From contig JBHGNT010000014.1 of assembly GCA_043228905.1 (NCBI GenBank), positions 8,432,001 through 8,496,000 of the forward strand: 64,000 bases of DNA, read 5' to 3'. Below, piece after piece: positions 49,401 to 60,569 of the stretch (within the stretch, counting starts at the first letter, position 1; each line of letters begins with the position of its first letter). The notes beneath the pieces are model-generated. The model worked only from the letters and a program-made list of their open reading frames with translations, ran no database searches and had not been told where the DNA came from. This DNA is from Azolla caroliniana (lineage: Eukaryota > Plantae > Polypodiophyta). Position numbers and translations under genes: made by a program.

Positions 49401-51812
49401 AGAAGGGGAAGAAGAAGATGTCAGGATACGAAACCGGCAACGTTGAGTCAGATTGGAACGACTCCGACTCCGGAAAGGATTAAGGCAGATCTTCGGGAAC
49501 GAAGTTCAAACTGGCCAAGAAAGGCCCCAAACTGGGTGATGACAAGTTACGCCGGTCTTCCCGCCAGAAGAACCCCATTACGCGGTACGAGTACAATAGG
49601 TACATGGCGAATCACTATGCGTACATGACCAAAGTGGCGGAAGTGTGTGAGCCGGAGAGCTACGCAGAAGCAACAAAGGACGCAAATGGCGTGCCGCAAT
49701 GGAAGAAGAAATGTGGGCACTCGATGCCAACGACACATGGGACCTCGTCGACCCTCCCCGACACTGTAAACCGATAGGTTGCAAATGGGTGTACAAGGTA
49801 AAGTACAATACCGATGGTTCAGTTAACCGGTACAAGGCCCGGTTCATGGTGAAGGGATACGCACAGACCCACGGAATCGACTACGACGAGACCTTCACTC
49901 TTGTAACGAGGATGACGACGGTTCACGTGGTACTGGCGGTTGCTACGGCAAGGGAATGACATCTTCACCAAATGGACGTGAAGAATGCGTTTCCTTGAAG
50001 AACGGGTCTATATGATCCAACCCCCCGGTTTTCAGTTGTAGATGAACAAGTCGGCGGTGTGCCGGCTTAAGAAGTCGCTTTACAGTCTGAAACAAGCCCC
50101 TAGAGCTTGGAATGCGAAGATCACGCACCGGTTGCGTAAGATGGGCTTTGTGACCTCTAAATCCGACTCCTCGTTGTTCATCCGGCAAGGTTCGCATGGC
50201 CCGGTTTCCATCTTACTTTATGTAGATGATTTAGTCATCACCAGACCCAGCCTCGTTGAAATCGGCCGAGTGAAGTCCCAAATTTCGGACACATTTGAAA
50301 TGAAGGACCTGGGGACCTTCATTATTTTCTTGCGATCAAGGTGATCCGAACCCTCGATGGCATATTGCTCTCACAATGACACTATGTGTTGAACATGCTA
50401 TACAAGTTGGGCATGCCGGAATGCCGACCTGTCTCCACACCCTTGGACCGGAACTAGAAGCTTCGTCCCAACTCCAGACCGGCCTACGATGAGAAACGGT
50501 TTTGACAAGTTGTCGGAAGCCTCATATACCTGACAATCACTCGACTCGACATCAGTTACCTGGTCGGAGTGATCAACCAGTTCATGTAGAAGCCAATCGT
50601 CGAGCACCTTCACTGTGCACACCGGATACTCCGGTATGTGAGCAACACAAAGGACCGGGGACTGTTATACCGACATGGTATAACTGAAGAGCTCGTCCGC
50701 TACATAGATGCCGACTGGGCTGGTGATGCATTGGATCGCCGATCCACCTCCGGTTACATGTTTTCTCTAGGTAGCGCGGTTGTTGCGTGGAGCAGCAAAA
50801 AGCAGCCAACAATGGCTCTGTTGAGCAATGAGGCTGAGTACCGAGGTGCTACCAATGCCACCTGTGAACCCATCTGGCTTCGGTGACTGCTGCGTGACCT
50901 CCGGATCGAGGTACCGACCCCAATGCTTATCTACTATGACAACATGAGCAACATTCAACTCGCCAAGAACCATGTATTCCATGCTCGGACAAAGCACATA
51001 GAAGTGCATTATCACTTTGTTCACGAGCACATCTTGAGCATTGAAGTTGAACTTCGGTATGTTCACACGGATCGGCAGATTGCCGACATCTTCACCAAGC
51101 CACTAGGATCGGACAAGTTGCAGCATTTTTCGGAGATGCTCGGTGTTCAACATCTCGATGTGCCGCACTTGAGGGGGAGAAAAGCAAAGGGAACAGATGG
51201 CATTCGACAAGGAGCCAGAGAGGAAGAAAGAACCAACAAAGAGGGAGACAAAGGGAAAAAGGAAGCCGAGTCGACGAAGGAAGTCGGCACATCCGAACCA
51301 GTCAGAATGAGAGGTAGCGGTGACAGAGTCAAGAAGGACAAAGCCGACCAGAAAGAGAAGGCCAAGACCCGGACATGGTCTGATATGGTGAAGGGCCTGA
51401 AAAAAGAAGAAGATCTGGAGATCTGAAGATATGTTGAGCAGACAAGCCGACCGAGGGGGTCGAGGTGCGCAGAACCAAAAGGGTCACGGAAAACAAGACC
51501 GGAGAGGACGAGGAGCACGAGCAAGGCAGAGCAACGCCTGAAGGAGCCGGGTAGAAGAACCGGCTGCCACGGACACTAACACCACGATCTGACCTCAGGT
51601 TGATCTTGAGGGCGAGTGTTGAGCAAGCAAGCTCAATAGGATCCGGATCGGCATTCAGAAGGATAAGCCAGATCGGTATCCGGAAACAACCGCCCGGATC
51701 GGGGAGACGGATCAGAGAGCCGGATTTGAGCAGGAACTAGAAGCTTAGTAGTAGCCTAGACTACTAGGTAAGCATTGTCTTGTAGTTAGTGTCAGTCGCA
51801 TGTAGGAACATT
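46406..51812 (+). mobile_element. Ty1/copia J (B/M family), 3' LTR truncated
   Basis: 5' LTR 46406-46861, PBS at 46862, gag 46955-47602, then PR, INT, RT and RH with tail to 51426. The 3' LTR starts at 51617. Confidence 0.94.
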
Positions 51813-54800
51813 CGAACCGACGGTACCGATTCGAAGCGGACCCCGGACTGGAACGGCAAAGACCGAAGGGGGCCGGACCGGAATGGAACGACGGCAATCG
51901 CAGCAAGTGAAGAAGAGTTGATGCTCATCACCGAGGAGAGTGAGATAAACCTTGCCGGCGACGAGATGACCTGGGTGGTAGACTCCGGAGAGTCGTTCCA
52001 CCTTACCCCGGACCGGAAATGCTTCTCATCCTACTCAGCCGGTGATCACGGATGTGTCCGGATGGGGAATGAAGGTACATGCAGAATTGTCGGCATAGGA
52101 GACCTGTGGCTGTCAACACCAACCGGATGCAAGTTGTTGCTGAAGGATGTTCGACACGTTCCGGAGGTTTGACTGAACCTGATATCAGCCGGTCGGCTGG
52201 ATGATGAAGGCTACACGGGTAGCATCTGGAACGATGTCATGAAGTTCAGCAAAGGGAGCCTGATTGTGGCTCGGGCCCGGAAGGTAAACACGTTATACCT
52301 CATGAATGCCCGGTTATGTCCGGAGGAAGTGAACGTGGCATCCGACACTGCCGGTGAGTTGTGGCACAAAAGGCTATGTCACATGAGTGAGAAGGGGATG
52401 AAGAGGCTTGCAGACGACAACCTCATTCCAGTGAAGAACGTGCACTTGGAGAAGTGCACTGATTGTCTGGCCGGTAAGCAAAACCGGACCTCTTTCCGAC
52501 CAAGACCACCAATGAGACGTAATGCACCACTGGAGTTGGTGCATACGGATGTGTGTCAAGTAGACACGAAGTCACATGCCGGAGCGCAGTACTTCGTGAC
52601 GTTCATAGATGACCACAACCGGAAGCTGTGGTCCACACCGTTGAAGACGAAGGATCAGGTGTTATCCGTCTTCAAAGAGCTCCACGCGAGAGTGGAAAGA
52701 GAAATCGGTCGGAAGCTGAAGGCGGTTCGAGCAGATAACGGAGGAGAATATTGGGGGCAGTTCGAGGAGTACTGCCGCTCGAAGGGAATCTGGCTCGAAT
52801 TAACCGTGCCGAAGACGCCGGAACTAAACGGACTGGCCGAGAGGATGAACTGGACCGTAATGGAGAGGGTTCGGAGTATGCTAGCGCATGCAAAACTACC
52901 CAAGAAGTTTTGGGCTGAGGCATTGTCGACGGCGACATATGTGATAAATAGATCACCCTGAGTACCCTTGGACGGAGACACGCCACAAAGAGAATGGACC
53001 GGTAAGGAAGTATCCTACCGGCATTTGAAGGTGTTCGGGTGTCTTGCGTACGTGCATGTAGCTAAGGACCAGAGAGGAAAGCTAGATCCAAAGACCCGGC
53101 CATGCATATTCCTCGATTACGGTGACGATGAGTTCGGCTACCGAGTGTGGGACCTGGTCGACAAGAAGGTATTCCGGAGCCGAGATATTATCTTCATGGA
53201 GGACAAGACGCTTGCCGACTGGGAGTCGGAGAAGAAGATAATGAACTCCGAGTCGACCGGTAAGGATAGACTCTACAATGAACAGACCCAACCGGCAAGA
53301 GACCGGTTAGCACTCGAGGAGCCAGCCGGTTACAGTGAGGATATCGAACCGGCAAAAGAAGAAGTAGAGGAAGCTGAAACCGGAACCGGCCAAGACCCCG
53401 AATCAGATTCGGATGAAGAGCAAATAGAGGAGCCGGATACCGAAGCCCAGAGACGCAGATATCCTCTCAAAGAGAGAAGGGCCCCCCGGAGATTCCCGGA
53501 TGCAGAGCATGCGTTGTTAACCAATGAGGGGGAGCCAAAAAGCTTCGAAGAAGCAAAGGATGACACTCACAGCCGAAAATGGTTAAGTGCCATGCAAGAC
53601 GAGATGGATTCCCTGCATGAGAACCATACGTACAAATTGGTGGAGTTGCCGAAAGGAAAGCGGGCACTCCGAAATAAGTGGGTCTACAAGTTGAAACCGG
53701 GAGATGCTGGCAACCCCCCGAGATACAAAGCCAAGATCGTGGTGAAGGGGTTCCAACAGAAGAAGGGCGTGGACTTCGACGAGATATTTGCCCCGGTAGT
53801 AAAGATGACCTCCATCCGGACGGTGCTGAGTATAGCGGCAAGCATGGACCTCGAGGTAGAGCAGCTGGACGTGAAGACGACATTCCTTCACGGCGACCTC
53901 AAAGAGGAGATCTACATGCAGCAATCAGAGGGATTTGTGGAGAAAGGGAAGGAGCACCTGGTATGCCGGTTGAAGAAGAGCCTGTACGGACTAAAGCAGG
54001 CTCCCCGACAATGGTACCGGAAGTTCGATTCCTTCATGACCGATCAAGGGTACCACAAGACGTAGGCCGATCACTGCGTGTTTGTGAAGAAGCTCGAAGG
54101 AGGCGACTTCCTGATACTCCTTCTGTACGTGGACGGCATGTTGATCGTCGGACGGGACCAAGCCAAAATACGGATGTTGAAGAAGGCTCTCAACCAGACC
54201 TTCTCAATGAAAGACTTGGGTCCGGCAAGACAGATGCGAGGGATGCATATTTTTCGGAACCGGTCAATGAAGCAATTGTGGCTGTGACAGGAGAAGTACG
54301 TGACAAAGGTGCTTCAGCGGTTCAACATGTCAGATGCGAAACCGGTCGGATCGACACTTCCGGCAAACTGCAGGCTATCCGATAAGCAAAGCCCGAAGAC
54401 AAAAGTAGAGAAGGCGGATATGATGAAGATTCCATATGCCTCTGCCATCGGGAGCTTGATGTACGCAATGGTGTGTACCCGACCGGATATAGGATACGCA
54501 GTCGGAGTGGTGAGCCGGTTTATGAGCAATCCCGGCAAGGAGCACTTGAATGCGGTCAAATGGATACTCCGGTATTTGAAGGGCACTTCAAATTTGTGTC
54601 TCCGATTTGGCTCCGGAAAACCTCAACTTGACGGTTTCACCGATTCGGACATGTCGGCTGATGTGGATACCAACCGGTCTACATCCGGGTATGTAATGAC
54701 ATATGCAGGGGGAGTTGTTTCGTGGCAATCGAGGCTGCAGAAGACGGTTGCATTGTCAACCACGGAGGCGGAGTACATGGCGGCTGTGGAAGCCGGCAAG

Positions 54801-55882
54801 GAAATATTATGGATGAAGGACTTCATCGGAGAGCTCGATGTCCGGCAAGATGAATACCGGCTCTATTGTGATAGTCAAAGTGCCATCCATCTTGCTAAGA
54901 ATGCGGCCTACCATTCCCGGACGAAGCATATCTAGTGAAGATATGACTGGATCCGAGAAAGAGTAGATGACTAGGAGTTCGCACTGACAAAGATCCACAC
55001 GGCCGAGAACGGGTCAGATATGTTGACCAAAGTGCTGATACCCGACAAGCTTGATGCATGCCGGAAGAGAATCAGACTGGTAAGACACCCCATGCCGGAG
55101 TGAAGGGGGAGTTTGTTGGGAGACAGGTCCCTCCGGATGGGAAGGGAGAAGAACAATGCCGATGAACAAACTCGGCTACGGAGAGCCGGATGGTACAGAC
55201 CCGGTGAAGACCGGATGAGGAGTACCTGGCTACGGAGAGCCGGATGGTACAGACCCGGTGAGAACCGGATGAGGAGTACCTGGCTACGGAGAGCCGGATG
55301 GTACAGACCCGGTGAGAACCGGATGAGGAGTACTCGGTTACGGAGAGCCGGATGGTGTAGACCCGGTGAGAACCGGATGAGGAGTACTCGGCTACGGAGA
55401 GACGGATGGTGCAGACCCGTGAGAACGGGATGAAGAGACATATTCGTAAATATGTTTCTGAGAGTCCATCATGGCTATATTTGTAAATAGCCGAAAAGTC
55501 ATATTAGTATAAATATGACTTAGGGCAAACCTTTAGTTGTTGTTATTCTTGTCTACGCGAGACCAGAGTGCGTAACAGTGTACAGAGAGTGAGAGAGAGA
55601 TGAAGAGGTCGTTGCCTCTGATTGTAACCGCCGCTTGTGGCGAAGATCGTGAGCATGAGGTCGTTGCCTCCGTGAACTCACTGTTGTACATTCTAACATA
55701 GTCATAGTTTGCAGCCTGTGGGCTGTCGTGGTTTTTTCCCTAGTTTGGGTTTTCCACGTAAACATCTTGTGTACTCTTCTCCTCTCTTTTTTGTGTTGAA
55801 CATCTATTTCCCGTTTTTTGTGTATGATTCTAAGCTAGGTTGTGGCCGAGCGTTGCGTATAGGGAGCGTGCAGCTCCTGTCA
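51813..55882 (+). mobile_element. Ty1/copia K (F/I family), 5'-truncated, relatively intact pol
   Basis: WVVDSG, VHTDV, RADNGGEY, EQLDVKT, FTDSD, ALSTTEAEY. PPT at ~55102-55111 and LTR 55114-55882. Confidence 0.93.
55168..55435 (+). repeat. 54-bp tandem repeat (about 5 copies) in U3 of the K LTR
   Basis: Unit is approximately GGCTACGGAGAGCCGGATGGTACAGACCCGGTGAGAACCGGATGAGGAGTACCT. Confidence 0.95.
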
Positions 55883-55884
55883 AG

Positions 55885-56050
55885 TGGTATCAGAGCGAAA
55901 CAACAAAGAAAATGGACGATTCGTTGGGAGGCATGTTCAAGCTCACCAGCTCCAACTATTCGGTATGGAAGTCGAAGATGAGGGACATGCTCGTGGTTGA
56001 AGACCTCTGGCTGCCGGTTCAGTTCGGGGACAAGAGACCGGACAAAATCT
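55885..56050 (+). mobile_element. PBS and gag start of a tandem F/I/K-family copy sharing the K LTR
   Basis: TGGTATCAGAGC at 55885, then MDDSLGGMFKLTSSNYSVWKSKMRDML. Confidence 0.85.
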
Positions 56051-56530
56051 GTCGGAGAGAAAGAAATCGAAAGAAGGGGAGACGAGAAGAAAAAGGAATC
56101 CGATTCGACTAAAGAAGTCAGCACATTCGAACAAGTTGGAACAAGCAACGATGGCGGTAGAGCTGACCAGAAGGAGAAGGCCAAGACTCAGACATGTTCT
56201 GATGTTGTGAAGGGCCTGAAGATTGAGGAAGAATTAGAGACAACCATTTCAGACAAGAGCTGGAATGAACTGGAGGCACCTGATTCAGAAGAGGTGTTCG
56301 ATTCGGAGGAACTAGATCAAGTGAAGGCCAAACGGATGAAGAGGTAGTGGAAGTCGACACCGAGACGGAGGAATTGACGAGTTGAGAAGCGCCGGAGTCG
56401 CAATAGCAAAGGAGCAAAGATGGGCCTTATTGGAAAGAGAAGTTGACCGAGAAGGTCGAGGTCCACGGGATCGGATGGGTCATGGAAAGCGGAACCGAAC
56501 GGGTCAAGCGCGAGCAAGGAAGGAAGACGT
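56051..56530 (+). pseudogene. Orphan fragment of the B/J/M-family C-terminal extension and 3' UTR
   Basis: ADQKEKAKTQTCSDVVKGLKIEEELET matches the J and M tails. Confidence 0.8.
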
Positions 56531-57064
56531 TGTTGATTGTTATTTACACACCTTTCCTTCAAAATTGGTGTAAACTGACTCAAATAACTTGAGAGAGAGT
56601 AATATTTCACTAAATTCGTTTGGACATCACCTAAATCTACTAAGGCCATAATCTTGACATAAACCCATGACACATTTATGACTATGGAAGATGGCCTCAG
56701 TTTCTCTCGGACACAATACTGAATCTAAAAGACAACTCATGGAAGAGATAACATGCTCAGATGATTTACAGTGCTCATGTGGGCTCGATCGACAAATTGG
56801 GCACTCACAAGTGCAAACTGCATTTGTTAGGGAGGCGCTATGGTGATGTAGTAGATTAACAGAGTCCTTGAGAAAACCCATTTGTACATGGCAAATGCAA
56901 CAACATGTGTATTGATCATGTGGCTTAAGAGACTCAAATGGGTCTCACAAAGTGTGGCTTAAGAGACTCAAATGTTCGTAGTTGAACTTTGATATTTGGA
57001 TGCATTCGCCTGAACCTAATAAATATATCGACCTGCGTAATAAAATGGACATACTGATTAACTC

Positions 57065-57445
57065 TATGGCTAAGTGGTAGCTAATTAGCTACTACCATAG
57101 CTTAGTACAATAGCTAATTAGTTACTACCATAGTTTAATACATTAGCTAAGTGGCTAACTAGCTACTACCATACTTTAGCTAAGTAGCTAATTAGCTACT
57201 ACCATAGTTTAATTCAGTAACTAATTAGCTACCATTTAGCTAATTAGTTACTACCATAATTTAGTACACTAGCTAATTATCTAAGTGGTAGATAATTAGC
57301 TACTACCATAGTTTAGTACAGTAGTTCTCTTGTCTAAGTGGTAGCTAATTAGCTACTACCATAGTTTAGTATAGTAGCTAATTAGCTAAGTGGTAGCTAA
57401 TTAGCTACTACAATAGTTTAATACAATAGCTAGTTAGCTAAATGG
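57065..57445. repeat. Degenerate tandem array built on the palindrome TAGCTAATTAGCTA plus CTACCATAGTTTAGTA
   Basis: Roughly a dozen variants are visible. The array is cut on the right by the LTR of L. Confidence 0.9.
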
Positions 57446-57655
57446 TGTTGTCCATAGGCCAGAAATATAAATACAGAATATGTAAACTCGCCGGTAGGTA
57501 GAAAAGTAGGTGAGGAAATAGGTAGAACTAGAAATAGTCGAGTTTTAGCCCTCACAATCAGCTGATGGCTCGACTCTGTCTAAGGAAGAAAACTATATAA
57601 ACCGAGATCTGCATACCTCAGGAGGGGGAGAATATCTAGATTAATTTTAGCAAGA

Positions 57656-59990
57656 TACCCCACGATATACAGACGGCCCCGATGTGGAATCGCACACCCG
57701 TGCTTTCGTGTCCACATGGCAGGCCAACCACTCGATGCAGCGGTTATCGGCTGCCGAAATCGAGTCCTCAAAAATCGCAGAATTTGCTTTATTCCTCGAT
57801 GGCCCGGCTGCTCCATGGTACTCCCGCCTCGACATGGTGGAGGTCACAACGTTCTAGGACATCCGAACAAAGTTTCTAGAATTATTTCACCACGAACTGC
57901 TCTGACAGTTGTTTTCCATGAGCCAAGAACCTCACGAGACGGTTGCCCAATTCACGATCTAGTTTCAGGATCTCTGCTGAAAACTGGCCGACGATGTCTC
58001 CGCTCATCACATTCTGGATACTTTCCTGTCCAGCCTACGGGAGCCTCTACAGACGACTCTCGCACTTACCAATTTCTCTAACCAGACAATCAAGCAAGTC
58101 ATCGCACGCGTCCTCGCCATCGATAGGACACAACATAACATGGCTTTCTCCATGGGCTCTTTGCAAAGCACCCTTCCTCAGGAGAACAACCGGTTCCGAC
58201 AAGCCCTCAAATGCATAGCCTGCTCGGGCTCAGGCCATTTGGCTCTCGAGTGCCCTCACCGGCCACATTATCCAATCTGTCAGTCCCGATCCCACACGAT
58301 CGACCATTGCGAATACAACATGCTCAATCTGTCAGAACCTTTTCACGTCTTCGTAGACGCATTAGATATAGCCATCTGCAGTGCGCTCATGCAGCGCACA
58401 CCACCAAATTGGTACACTGGCCGAAAACTCTCGGCCGCGGAGAAGAACTACTCAACAACTAAACGCGAGGCCCTCGGAATGGTCTACAACATCAACAAAT
58501 TTCGACATTACCTCTTGGGTCGGCAATTCACATTCCACGTCGATCACTCAACTCTCCTCTACTTGGTTAATAAGCAGGCCCTCACAAGTCGCCTGGCCCG
58601 ATGGATGCTCCTACTACAAGAGTTTGATTTTTTGATCCAACAATGGCCCATAGTCCAACACACTGTAGCGGACTACTTGAGCCGCCTTGAGTCAGGAGAA
58701 TCAGCTGAGTCCATGTACGATGATCTACCCGACGCCGCCCTCTTTAGTCTCGCAATGGTGTCAGACGAAAATGAAGATGAATGGATCACGGAAATGACCC
58801 ATTTTCTTAGCACCGGCCTTCCTCCTGACCACCTGACCTTCGACACGCGGAAACGACTTGCTGTCAGGTGCCGAAACTTTTGTCTAGTCTCTGACGCCCT
58901 CTACCACAAAGGCTCGGACGACATCCGTCAATTCGAGAAAAATGCAATCCTCCAGGAGGCACATCATGGAATCGGGGGGACATTACGTCAGCGAGGCCAC
59001 AGCAAGAAAAATATGTCAGAGTGGCTTATGGTGGCCTGCAACAAAAAAAGATGCTCATTAATTCTGTCGACAATGCGATTTGTGTCAACGCATGGGACAA
59101 CCGACCGAGCAAGCCCGGATGCCGCACCAACCATTCTCCCGTTAGAGCCATTTCAAAAGTGGGGGTTAGATTTTTTGGAACCTTTTAAACCAGTCACGGC
59201 TCGCACCGGTAACAAATACATAATCGTGGCCACGGACTATTGCACAAAATGGGTCGAGGCTAAGGCACTACGGGATAACACGAATGTATCCATGGAAAAA
59301 TTCGTATACAAACATCTATGGTGCCGATATGGATGCCCAATCGAGCTCATTAGTGACCAAGGCGGGCATTTTATAAACCACATAATTCACGAGCTCACTA
59401 CACACTACGCGGTCGTACATAAGAAAAGTACACCATACTATCCTCAGGCAAACGGATTGGCGGAATCTACTAATAAAATTTTGCAAACTATCCAGAAAAA
59501 GATCATCAATGAGAACCGCACCGACTGGGATGACAAGCTCCAGAGTGCATTATGGGCGTATCGCACCACATTTAAAACTAGCATTCAATCTACACCCTTT
59601 TGGACGGCCTTTGGGTTGGAAGCAGTCATGATGATTGAGTTCCAAGTTCGGAGTCTCCGAGTACAGGTTAAGGAAAGGCTACCCGCAGCCCAATCAGAGC
59701 AATATCGGCTTGAACTCGGTGAACATTGAGTGGCCAGCATGGCTCAACTGGAACAACACGAAAGACAACACAAAGCCTTCGTCGATCGGCACCGGAAAGG
59801 TACAGAGAAAGCATTTACCATCGGCAAACCAGTACTGGTCTTCCAAACACGACTCGGTGCTATGCAGGGGAAATTACGATTCCGATGGACAGGCCCCTTA
59901 TGGATAATTGATGAGTTTAACGACACATTCCAACTCGGGACACTTGCTAGAGACATCGTCAAAAGCTGGGTAAATGGATTCCAACTTTGA
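57656..59990 (+). pseudogene. gag-RNaseH-integrase remnant of L (protease and RT deleted)
   Basis: ORF 58140-59729 runs directly from CEYNMLN into LSEPFHVFVDA. Confidence 0.85.
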
Positions 59991-60569
59991 CCTTACCACG
60001 GGAATACCCTAGATAATCCCTTCGTTGAGTCTCACGGCACGGACCAGTTCACGGACAACGCCACGAAGGCGGCCACGTGTCCCCATCGGTAAAATACTGA
60101 CCTACCCACCAAATGTATATAGTAGGAATAGTTTTAGCAGTTAAATTAGCCTTACCTAAACTACCTAACAAATCACCCAAAATCACGACATTTTCTTAGC
60201 CGCACCAACTAGTCACCTTCACCTTAAAGTAGAATATTTAAGGAACATGCACACCGGACATAACACTCCTGTGACGCGTGGCCACAATACCTTATTATGG
60301 CAGCCACAACCAATAATTTAAAGGATCTTCTCCCTACACAAAACCCTAGGCAATCACATAAAAGATACTACCCCGCACACAACGCGCCCACTCACACAGA
60401 AGCGTTCTTGCCTTCACCGCCTTCAAGCTCCCAAGCTCTCTCTCATTTGCATCGCTCCTACAAACAGGCCTCCTCTCACCCTCATAGCCCCTGCACAGAA
60501 CAACGGTGTCCTCCCCAACCATCTTCTTCCAACTCTCTGTCGCGCCCTCGTGTCATCGCTCCCCCCCAT

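Noticed and set aside
54971-55441. Repetitive ORFs (STWLRRAGWYRPGENRMR and LYHPALRSQVLLIRFSPG)
   Set aside because: They are a by-product of a 54-bp (multiple of 3) tandem repeat inside an LTR, and are open on both strands.
56919-56974. 22-bp direct repeat TGTGGCTTAAGAGACTCAAATG
   Set aside because: A two-copy local duplication with nothing recognisable between the copies.
57065-57445. CRISPR-like array
   Set aside because: No unique spacers, irregular period, no cas genes, and a eukaryotic context.
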